NCBI RefSeq assembly: GCF_001194135.2
Contig: NC_068987.1
Coordinates: forward strand, 96,472,715 to 96,536,714
Length of the DNA: 64,000 nt
From: Octopus bimaculoides
Taxonomy: Eukaryota
Direction: 5' to 3'
Part shown: piece by piece, positions 40,263 to 50,714 of the stretch
Layout of the letters: each line of letters starts with the position of its first letter
How positions within the stretch are numbered: the stretch's first letter is position 1
Notes under the pieces: model-generated
Told to the model about the DNA's origin: nothing
Databases searched by the model: none
Seen by the model: only the letters and a program-made list of their open reading frames with translations
Translations under genes and position numbers: made by a program

Positions 40263-40430
40263 TGCAGACAAGGTTGTATGGTAAATATGGTTGCTTCCCA
40301 ACCACATAGCTTCAGTGCCATGGTTCAGTCCCACTGCATGGCACCTTGGAGACAAATGTCTTCTATTACAACTCTGTGCCACCTAAAGCTTTGTGAGTGG
40401 ATTAGAAAGATGGAAACCAAAAGAAACCTC
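40260..40430 (+). mobile_element. SINE family B, 5' half
   Basis: Same consensus. Confidence 0.7.
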
Positions 40431-40438
40431 TGAGTGTG

Positions 40439-40492
<54 letters not shown>

Positions 40493-41281
40493 CGTGCATG
40501 CATTGTGTAATAGTCATGAATCAGTTTCACTCTCATATGAGCAGAGTCGTTCATTTCTAATATTCTGCAAAAATATGTCAGACCATGGGGGAAGAGGAAA
40601 TATTACCTTATTTAGAAGCAGGTGAGGGCTAACGACAGGAAGGACATCCAGCCATAGGAAATCCACCCCAATAAACTCCATCCAACCCATGCAAATATGG
40701 AAAAAGCAAACGTTAAAATGATGAGAGTGTTGGTGATGATGATGTATCTATGTATATGAATGTGTGTATTGATAACTATATATGTATATTTATATTTTTG
40801 CATATGTGTAGTTGTAAGGGTTTTTTTTTTTGTTTATAGTATACAATATGCAAGTATATGTTTGTTCAATGTTTATAACAGGATGTAGACTATCCAAGTA
40901 GTTAAGAATTCTACTTTGCAATCATGAGATCCAAGGTTCAATCCCACTCCTCAGCATCTTAGCAAAGTACTTTCTACGATCATCTTGGGTTGACTCAAGC
41001 CTTGTAAGTGAAACAGTGTAGACGTAAACCATAGATGGAAAAGTGTAGACGCAAACTATTGGATGGACAGAATCTATAATTCAAAGGACCAGCCTTGTCA
41101 CACACTGCCATGCAAATCCTGGCTAAGAGTTACATTAAGTGTATATGCATCTGTGGAGTACACAGCCACTTACTCTCTAATTGAATGATTAGTTAGTTTA
41201 ATTGATCAAAACATAAGGAATATTCATCGTTGAAATTGATGCAGAACCATTTGCAACATACATGCATGTCTTTGTGTGTGT

Positions 41282-41321
<40 letters not shown>

Positions 41322-41544
41322 ATTTATTATACCATTGACATATATTTGTATATGCGTATGTGTCTGTTTTGAATGTGTGCATTTATATAACAATGTGTTT
41401 GTCACTCAGTGTGTGTGTAAACATGTCGGTGTTTGGTATTCAGCAGACGTGTGTGCGCGCGCGCACGCGTGTGTACACAACCATTTACACTATAGTTGAA
41501 TGATGTGTATATATATATATATATATATATAACTATGATTGACC

Positions 41545-41725
41545 GTTGACCGAAAACTATTCAATTTTTTTTCTCCGTGTTTTTCTCCTTGTCTCCGTAT
41601 TCTTTCTTTTGAAGAGCGTAGCTCGAAACGTTAAAGACTTTCCGTATTCCCGAGCGTCATACTAATATATCCTTTTGTTATTTACACCACCTGCCCTCGT
41701 CTGTTGTTGTTTTTTCGTACATTCT
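41545..41725 (+). mobile_element. Penelope-like terminal-repeat remnant with hammerhead-like fold
   Basis: tcttt-CTTTTGA-a-gagc-gta-gctc-GAAACGTT-aaaga at 41601-41637; CpG-rich block between (TA)n arrays. Confidence 0.5.
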
Positions 41726-41757
<32 letters not shown>

Positions 41758-43244
41758 NNNNNNNNNNNNNNNNNNNNNNNNNNNNNNNNNNNNNNNNNNN
41801 NNNNNNNNNNNNNNNNNNNNNNNNNNNNNNNNNNNNNNNNNNNNNNNNNNNNNNNNNNNNNNNNNNNNNNNNNNNNNNNNNNNNNNNNNNNNNNNNNNNN
41901 NNNNNNNNNNNNNNNNNNNNNNNNNNNNNNNNNNNNNNNNNNNNNNNNNNNNNNNNNNNNNNNNNNNNNNNNNNNNNNNNNNNNNNNNNNNNNNNNNNNN
42001 NNNNNNNNNNNNNNNNNNNNNNNNNNNNNNNNNNNNNNNNNNNNNNNNNNNNNNNNNNNNNNNNNNNNNNNNNNNNNTATGCATTTGAATTTTCTACATT
42101 TTCACAAGTACATAAATATTTACCTTGCCCTATGCGTGTGTGTGTACGTATGCGTTTGTGTGTGTGTGTGTGTGTGTGTGTGAATGTTTGTCTGTTTATG
42201 TGTATGTGAAGGTGTGATCAAATGAGTGGGTGTTATAAATGAATGGGTGTATAACTGAATGTGTGTGTTTGTGCATATGTGTATGTATGTACCAAGAACA
42301 AGTGACTGACCAGTGGCCAGGGAGTAAAGACAACCCACAGCACTTAAGTTCCCTCCTCATCTTCCTTTTCCTTCCTCACTACAGTTCTGCCACACCTCTC
42401 CACAGGCATCTACGCCTGCACTCTGACTGCATCTTCATCACATGGACACAAACCAGTAGCATACTGCATCACCAACAATGAGGAGGTGGAGCTGAAAAAT
42501 TCTATAAGGTGGGGAGGGACATAATTCCATCACTTTTGTATGTATGTTTATGTGTATGTTTACATACATACATACAAACATACATAAAATACACTCACAC
42601 ACACGTATGTATGTGTATTTATTTATATACGTGTATTATTTGTATATATGTATCTTTATTTATATAAGTGTGTATGTGTGTATTTGCTTATACATGCAAA
42701 TATATATGTACCTAGGCATGTTACATAGTTCTATTATGCATTATGTATGGAAAAAACAAATGGATATCAATTATGGTAAGAGGAACATGACATACATACA
42801 AATATATGTGTGTGTGTGTGTGTGTGTGTGTAAAAGCATACACCAAGACACACACATAAAAACTATTATTCGTGCATACAGGCATAATACACATACATAC
42901 GCAGTAGAGACACATAAACATTTCAGACCTCACACCCACCCAATCCACCAACTTTCACTTTCTTGAACTCACCTCTTACACCATCACAACAACACTACAT
43001 CATCAAAATGCAACATCATTGCCACCACCACCACCACCACCACCAGGTTGACAATGTCAGAAATGATTTGTTTGGGCAATTCCATGGCCTTCCCACCTTT
43101 CTTGCTAAATAATACATTTGCACATCATCCTCATCTCTATCATCATCATCATCACGACCACCTATTGCTTATACTGCATCAGCATTGTTGTTGTGGTTGA
43201 TGTTGTTGTTGACAGTGTTTGTTTCTAGATTTATGCAACAGTTT

Positions 43245-43347
43245 GGGCGGGGGCACTGAAGAATAGGTGGTACTTGTAGTGATGGTGATGATGCGACAAG
43301 ATCTCTCTATTTAAAGGAACCACTTTGAGGAGATTCCTTCACTCTGA
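43245..43347 (+). promoter_or_regulatory. Candidate GnRH core promoter: GC box, TATA-like box, initiator
   Basis: GGGCGGG at 43245-43251, TATTTAAA at 43308-43315 and an Inr-like TCACTCT with the A at 43341 (~33 nt from the TATA start), followed by a good donor. Motif inference only. Confidence 0.5.
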
Positions 43348-43397
43348 ACAGCGTTCTGAACCTGATACATAGAACAAACTCAAGTTCCACACTAAAG
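43341..43397 (+). other. GnRH: Predicted non-coding first exon of GnRH (~57 nt; intron 43398-47556)
   Basis: ATG-free unique sequence ending AAG|GTAAAA at 43397/8. The first coding exon has an acceptor only 35 nt before the ATG, so an upstream exon is expected. Confidence 0.5.
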
Positions 43398-43623
43398 GTA
43401 AAATATCAAAATCTTCCTTTGTTAAAAAAACAAAATTTCTTTTACAATGCTCACTTTCTCTCTCTCTCTCTTATATCTTGATTTATTAACTTGACATATA
43501 GATTTTCCTTTTCAATAACTATCTTTAAAAAAAAGAGGGCTATTTCTATACTATATGTATTTGGAAGTTTTCTAATCCATGCTTCCGCTAAAAATTTAAA
43601 AAAATTATATTACATCACACTAC

Positions 43624-43840
43624 AAGGAGGCAAACTGGCAGAAACATTACCCCACTTGACAAAATACTTAACAGCATTTCTTCTACCATTAGATTCTGAG
43701 TTCAAATTCTGCCGAGATCAGCTTTGCCTTTCAGCCTTTCAGGGTTGATAAAATAAGTACCAGTTGAATGCTGGAGCTGATGTAATCAACCAGCCTCCTT
43801 CTGCAAAATTTCAGGCCTTGTGCATATTGTAGAAAGGATA
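43624..43840 (+). mobile_element. SINE family A, full length, + orientation, in predicted GnRH intron 1
   Basis: aaggaggcaaactggcagaaac...ctgagttcaaattctgccgag...ctttgcctttca..ttgataaaataagtaccag. Confidence 0.82.
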
Positions 43841-44749
43841 TTACATAACACTACATTTTCTTTAGCTGATATCATATGATTTAATGACTGTATTCTAATT
43901 CTTGTTCTTTCTCTCTTACTAATTTATATATAAATATCTTCTCACACCAATTATTTGTTTAAAGTTCTCACAACATCTACATTCTGAATACCAATATCTT
44001 ATTCAGAGGGAAGAATGGTACAAAATGCATTAATGCATCAAGCTCAATACTTTTCACTTTTGAAATCCAACTCAAGTGTTCAATAGTATCCAGTTTAGTC
44101 TATAATATGACATATATAATTATCATTAGGCCATGTATTTATAGGGAAATTGTGTAGCCAACTGAATTCACTACAGTGTACTACTGATACTTATTTCATC
44201 AACCCAAGAGTAAGGCCCTACACCAGCAGGATTTGAACCAAATACTGGAAGATTTTAGTTTACCTCTTAACTATTTTATATACTCCATTATACTTACTAA
44301 TCCTAACATTAATTTCTAATGCTAGCAAAAAGCCAAGGATTTGTAGAGGGAGGGTAGACAGTCAATCAGCTGTATTAATCTTGGCATTTTACATGCTTAT
44401 TTTTTAACTGACCCTAAAAGATAAATTCCATCATTGGGAAATTTCAATTCAAAATTCAGAGATGAAACTAAATATTACAAAGCATTTAATCTGGTACTCT
44501 ACTGTTTGTAACAAATGACAAACTTCAGTAATACCAATTTCTAAATTCGATAGAAGACCACATATTTTGGGGAAAAGTACAGTCAATTCAACTGACTTTG
44601 TACTTTACTGGTACTTTATTTCATCAATCTTGCAATGATGACAATCAAAGTCAAATTCAGTGAAGTTTGAACTAAGAACAAGGAGGACTGTAAATGACTA
44701 CTACAAGGTATTTAGCCTGACTATCTACAGTTTTTGCTCTTCATAATGA

Positions 44750-45060
44750 TCATCATCATCATCATCATCGTCGTCATCGTTTAACGTCCGCTTTCCATGC
44801 TAGCATGGCTTGGACGATTTGACTGAGGACTGGTGAAACTGGATAGCAACACCAGCCTCCAATCTGATTTGGCAGAGTTTCTACAGCTGGATGCCCTTCC
44901 TAACGCCAACCACTCAGAGAGTGTAGTGGGTGCTTTTACATGTCACCCGCACGAAGGCCAGTCAGGCGGTACTGGCAACGGCCACGCTCAAAATGGTGTA
45001 TTTTATGTGCCACCTGCACAAGAGCCAGTCCAGGGGCACTGGCAACAACCTCGCTCAAAA
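44750..45060 (-). mobile_element. SINE family D 3' part
   Basis: Near-identical to 19405-19672 with one extra internal segment. Confidence 0.8.
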
Positions 45061-45239
45061 ATCTATTAAACAACACATTATAGACATGAGCACTATTAGA
45101 TGTTCTGTATCACAGTGAAGACATTAAGTACTCATTCTGAATGTTTCAGACTTGACGCAGTGAAACTTTAAGTTTCATCTACCAATAATGAACATTAATG
45201 TTGTGTGTGTGCGTATGTGTGTATGTGCGACAGGAAAAT

Positions 45240-45445
45240 AATGGGTTCAAATTTTGGCATAAGGCAGCAACTTGTAAGTTGTTTACATTTACTCCAGTGT
45301 ACAACTGGTACTTATTTTAAGAACCCCGACAGGATGAAAGGCAAAGTCAACCTCAGTGGAATTTGAACTCAAAATGTAAAGACAGACGAAATGCTACTAA
45401 GCATATTATCTAGCATGCTAATGATTCTGCCAGCTCACTGGCTTT
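45240..45445 (-). mobile_element. SINE family A, full length
   Basis: Same consensus. Confidence 0.82.
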
Positions 45446-46358
45446 CATATAACAGGAATATAATGACAAAAAAAAAAGAAGCTTTTCAACTGTTAAAAGG
45501 TTAATGTGTACAGCAGTGTCTGTTTTGCTTTGTTGGTCATTTTGTTTGTCCAACAGATTGCTTTCATACATGTGCCACACACCAGCATACACATACAGCA
45601 ATGTGCATATCTAAACCACACATATAACAATTTGTATAAAATACAGTACACATTTCAATACATATATGCAACAATATGCATGCACTAGCACACAGATATA
45701 GCAATTTGCTTACCCAACACACATACAGAAAAACATATATACAACATATACAACATATATATNNNNNNNNNNNNNNNNNNNNNNNNNNNNNNNNNNNNNN
45801 NNNNNNNNNNNNNNNNNNNNNNNNNNNNNNNNNNNNNNNNNNNNNNNNNNNNNNNNNNNNNNNNNNNNNNNNNNNNNNNNNNNNNNNNNNNNNNNNNNNN
45901 NNNNNNNNNNNNNNNNNNNNNNNNACTCATCAAAAAAATACATATACATAAAAACACAAATGGTAAAAATATGTATTCGAATAAAATACAAATAGAATGG
46001 CCTATCAAAAGGTAAATATAAACAACTAAAAATTCCTAAGCAACCAAAACTAATAGACAAAGATAAAGTAAATGTTCAACGCCTAAAAAAGTTTTATCAA
46101 ATGATTAAAAATATTTGGTGATATTTACATGTGATGAAATGTTTGAGGTATGGTGTTTTATATATATACAAAGTCATTAACTCAAATTTAATGTTTGTTC
46201 TATGACCAATGTTTCTTTATCTTTGTCTCATTTACATTTGAGCACTTCTTTTGCAGTCCTATAAACCCTTTTGTTTCTATAAAAAAGACAAACATTATTT
46301 CTTATATATATATACTACACATATACATATACACACATACATACATACATGTATGTGT

Positions 46359-46389
<31 letters not shown>

Positions 46390-46589
46390 AGCTGTATAAT
46401 CCTTTCTCATATCAACACCGTGTACACAGAAGAAAACTAAATCTATATAATAATAATTCCAATTTAAATAAACACTAAACAACAGCTTGTGGCAGTGATT
46501 ATGATAACTATAGTAAAATACATTCAGCTAACAGACTATAAATTTTAGACAAGCAGATGATAATGATGATAAAGATGGTGCTGTTATTG

Positions 46590-46735
46590 GAGATCATCAT
46601 CATCATCGTCGTTTAACGTCCGCTTTCCATGCTAGCATGGGTTGGACGATTTGACTGAGGACTGGTGAANNNNNNNNNNATGGGTTGGACGATTTGACTG
46701 AGGACTGGTGAAACCAGATGGCTACACCAGGCTCC
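46590..46735 (-). mobile_element. SINE family D 3' end (across a 10-N gap)
   Basis: Same tail consensus. Confidence 0.72.
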
Positions 46736-46806
46736 AAATATGATAAATATGGTGCTGTTATTGGAGATAAATATATCTCCAGCTACAACAGAACAGAACA
46801 GCTTAA

Positions 46807-47026
46807 CCCTTTAGTGTTTAAACCAGCAATATCTGGCTCAAATATTCTACATGTTTTATGTTCCAACTGGCTGTATCTGGCCTCTCACATATATCCTATA
46901 ATGTCATTTTAAAAGTAAACAATCATATCACTGAACTCTTGAAGCTGTGAGATAATGCATGGTTAATTCAAAACAATGTGAATAAATAAGCATTACATTT
47001 GACAGAGTAATCTGAACGCTGAAGAG
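46807..47026. mobile_element. piggyBac-type MITE (220 bp) in predicted GnRH intron 1
   Basis: TTAA|CCCTTTAGTGTTTAAAC ... TCTGAACGCTGAAGAG|TTAA; TTAA on both sides, imperfect TIR. Confidence 0.75.
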
Positions 47027-47084
47027 TTAACACATTTACTATAATCAGTAGTTAAAGTGAAACATTAAATCTATTGTGTAACAA

Positions 47085-47300
47085 TGGTTTCAAATTTTGG
47101 CACAAAGTCAGCAAGTTCAAGGAACAAGGCTAGTTGATTACAATGACACCAGTGGTCAATCGGTATTTATTTTATTGACCTTTCAAAGGATGAAAGGCAA
47201 AGCCAACCTTGTGGGAATTTGAATGCAAAATGTAAAAATGGACGAAATACTGTTAATTATTTTGCCCAGCATGCCAATAATTCCACAAACTTACTGCCTT
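47085..47300 (-). mobile_element. SINE family A, full length, ~260 bp upstream of the GnRH coding exon
   Basis: Same consensus. Confidence 0.8.
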
Positions 47301-47591
47301 AATCTAGAGTGCAATAATGATAGTTCAATATACATGACACAATCTACAACTAAGTCGTGTGATTTTTCTTTTTTTTTTTAAAAAAAGTGGGGGACCAAAA
47401 ATAATACCACACTTCTGAGCAATAAGTTTATGCCAGAATCGGTTCCCAATATTTGTCACTGCAGCAAAGTGCTTAGATTCTCTCTTGAAAACAGGTATTG
47501 CTACCTTACATCATTTCATAAAAACTTCCTCTCAGGCTTTCTGCTGTTTATTTCAGATCTAACTTGTCCAATTCTACCAGCAAACGTCATT

Positions 47592-47798
47592 ATGTCAGCT
47601 ATTGCATCAACAACCAGCTCCAGAAAAATGGCTTTCTTTATATTCTCCATGTTGCTGCTATCTTTGTGTCTGCAGACTCAAGCACAAAACTACCACTTTA
47701 GCAATGGATGGCACCCCGGAGGTAAACGCAGTGCACTCTCAGACATTCAGTGTCACTTCAGACAACAAACAAAGGCTTTGATAGAAAAAATTTTAGAT
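47592..47798 (+). CDS. GnRH: Octopus GnRH-like (GnRH/corazonin-type) prepropeptide, first coding exon: signal peptide, dodecapeptide, GKR site and N-terminal part of the associated peptide
   Basis: MSAIASTTSSRKMAFFIFSMLLLSLCLQTQA-QNYHFSNGWHPG-GKR-SALSDIQCHFRQQTKALIEKILD. The dodecapeptide is the known oct-GnRH. Donor GAT|GTAAGT at 47799; upstream acceptor tttatttcAG ends 47556. Confidence 0.97.
47685..47729 (+). other. GnRH: Mature peptide pGlu-NYHFSNGWHPG-NH2 (47685-47720) plus Gly amide donor and Lys-Arg cleavage site
   Basis: caa aac tac cac ttt agc aat gga tgg cac ccc gga ggt aaa cgc; N-terminal Gln follows the signal peptide. Confidence 0.95.
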
Positions 47799-48924
47799 GT
47801 AAGTTCAGCATATCCTTCATTACTTTCTTTTAGTCATTTGTTGTCCATTTCAGTATATCTTTACAGCTTTTAAAACCTTGCTAATGTGAACAGTCTCTGA
47901 AAGATTTGTTTGGGAGGCAGGGAGTTACAAATTTTTTTAGATAACTTACTTCAGTAACAGCTTTGTTTTAGAACCAACAAAACTTAATTTATATACAATG
48001 TCAAATTTTGGTTGAAAATTCAGTATAGCCTAACAGATGATATGTATTTTATCAGATAATTATACAAAATCTATAATACATAATCTATATTCTAAAGCAA
48101 GTGTTTAAAAATCGATGGCTGTACAGTTTAAGTGCTACACTATTGACTAAATGGCTTTGGGTGTAAACTGTTAGTGTTATGAAGCATTTTGTTGTGCATG
48201 TGAGCTAAACATAACTCTGCCAGGGAATGGTGATAAGTTAGGCAGCATATTAGGCCTACACCTCCCATCAAAGAAAAAAAAGTCATTGTGTCTTATCGCA
48301 GTACAGTACTACAGAGGCTAACTTGGATTCGGGGCCTTCACTTGCAACTTAGAGCAACCAAGATTGTAGACAGGTTGCCTTCACTGTGATTGTAACAGCT
48401 ACGTCTCTCCTGACATGGTTCAAGGCTGGTCAGGAGGGTAAGTAGTCAAAAATAACAAGGAAAGGAAGTAAAGATAAACTGGAGTGGTTAGGAACAGCAA
48501 TGCATACCTTGGTGAAAGGAATTTGGGAGGTAGATACCCAGCTGTAAAATTAACTGATACCACCCAAGTATATAAAAGCATGATGAACTGGGTGTAAAAT
48601 AATAAAATTTAGTTTCATTGAATTTATTATATGACTAGAATTGAATTGAATGAAAGAAATGCATATTTATAAATTGCTGTTGTTGATGATGTTCAGAGTC
48701 AACTTTTTATTATCTGACCAATGTTCCATCAAAGCTTTTCTTCTGGTATCACGTGTATCCAGGACTACATTATACAATGTGACATCCTTTTTAAAAATAC
48801 AGTGTAGTGTGATTTGATGAAAATTTGGATTTCTAGCAATTTGAATGACCATGAAGAAGAGGCCGCCTTTTTAGCTCATTTAGATCATACATGCTTACAT
48901 ATATGTTGGGTGGTTAAAACTATG

Positions 48925-49008
48925 TGTTTGCATATACATATTTGCACTTATGCATTACATGTTTGCATATACATATTTGCACTTATGCATTACATGTTTG
49001 CATATACA
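48925..49008. repeat. 35-bp tandem duplication (x2.4) in GnRH intron
   Basis: tgtttgcatatacatatttgcacttatgcattaca repeated perfectly. Confidence 0.9.
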
Positions 49009-49208
49009 AGTTTAAATTCAAGTAAGCTTGCAGACAAAAAAAGACATACATGAAAGAATAAACAGTGAATACTGGGTGAATATCTGGTGAGTTCCTACAA
49101 GTTGCTCAATTTTGGTTCTCACAAGTCGTTTTTAAATTAAACCGGTTTGTTCTAGCTTAACACACATATTTACATTCAATATTGTTTAATATTGTTTACT
49201 TCTTTCAG

Positions 49209-49271
49209 GAAGAGATTAACCGTATTATCACAACATGTACTGGGCCGGTCAATGAGATTGCAGACCTATGA
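49209..49271 (+). CDS. GnRH: GnRH-like prepropeptide, second coding exon (EEINRIITTCTGPVNEIADL-stop); total precursor 89 aa
   Basis: Acceptor tttacttctttcAG|GAA at 49208/9, phase 0, in frame with the previous exon. TGA at 49269-49271. Matches the recalled C-terminus of the O. vulgaris precursor. Confidence 0.95.
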   Translation, partial: EEINRIITTCTGPVNEIADL

Positions 49272-49912
49272 AAGGTAAAGTTTGGATATTGTTTCTGGCT
49301 TGCAAAATTGATCAGTGAAAGATTTTTTTTTTCTTTTAAAGATACATTGTAACTAGAAAAAAAAAAGACATTTTGTTTTGGATATAATAATCTCTACAGA
49401 ATAATAGCTAATATAAACATTGGTTGGTTGAGTTCTCCAGTCACACTTTACATTAAGTGAGAGGGAGAAATACAGAGAGAGTTAAAACAAGAAGCACACA
49501 TACTAGGCTTGGTAGCAGGCAATGAATATAGGAACATTCCACACAGTAAGAGAGACTGAATCATATAGACAGAAGAGCAGGGAGAGAGAGAGAGAGAGAG
49601 TAAAAGACAGAATAGTTATAGGAGGAATTAAAATTCTGGTGAAACAGGTTTTCAAGGTAGTACATTGTGATCATGTTGATAAAATTTAGAAAAATAGTAT
49701 CATATATTTTTCGCAAATATAAAAATAAGAAGTATATTTTAGCCACCATGGGTAATATTAGGGAATATGGTATACGTACAATAACCATAATTTAACTTTT
49801 ATCAAATATCATGGTGCTTACACTAAGTTGTGAAATGAATACTAATTTTTAGTAGAAAAATATTTATTACCTTAAAACAAAATTAGATAAAACAAATTTC
49901 TCATTTCTACAG

Positions 49913-50140
49913 GCATTTTACAAAATGTTCTCTAGACTCTGTATTTACATCATTTTTCCAACGTTCTTTCTATGTTCAACTTTAATACTGAATTTCTAAA
50001 TGGCACTATGGTTACACTGATATTACAGTTTCAAATACATTATGCATTGTTATTAAAATCAATAAATGTCAGACAAATATTTCAGTATAACCCTATTAAT
50101 CTATTTATACTCATGTTATAGAATAAACACTTCAATCTCA
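49913..50140 (+). other. GnRH: Predicted 3'UTR-only terminal exon of GnRH
   Basis: Donor AAG|GTAAAG 3 nt after the stop (49275). Next strong acceptor tttctcatttctacAG ends 49912. ATTAAA at 50052, AATAAA at 50061 and 50122. Confidence 0.55.
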
Positions 50141-50676
50141 ATATGTATATTATTTTGAGTGTGAGTTTCCGATAACTATACATAAAAATATGATAATTAT
50201 AATTATTAGTAAATAACAGAATTGAAATATCTCAGGGTTACAATAACCATATAAAGTTAAATTTAATAATACTCGGATTATGTTATTAATACCTTACTAT
50301 TATATTTTATTTTGTTTAAACATGAACTTACTAAAGAGAAAGAATGACTATGTGATAACAATAATATTTATCAACTATATATTCTAGTCTTTAGAAGAGG
50401 TACATCATATCACTGCATGTTGTTAGAGGGTTGGCATTTCAAAGGATGTTCAGCTGCAAAACACTGCCTCGAAAAATCTTGTCCAACCCATGCCAGCATG
50501 GAAAAACAGATGCACAAAAACACTAAGACATGCTATTTACAAAAATATTCTCTAGACAATACAAAACTCAACATTCATGGTGTTGTTATACTGGGGTTGA
50601 TGAAACTGGCTAACTCCTCCCCACAGAATTGCTAGCTTTGTATCTAAATTAGAAACAACTATAATTATTATTATTA

Positions 50677-50714
<38 letters not shown>

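Noticed and set aside
47430-47591. ORF-track N-terminal extension (MPESV...) and C-terminal VSSAY... read-through of the GnRH ORF
   Set aside because: Intronic. The acceptor at 47556 and donor at 47799 bound the exon, and the known precursor starts at MSA.
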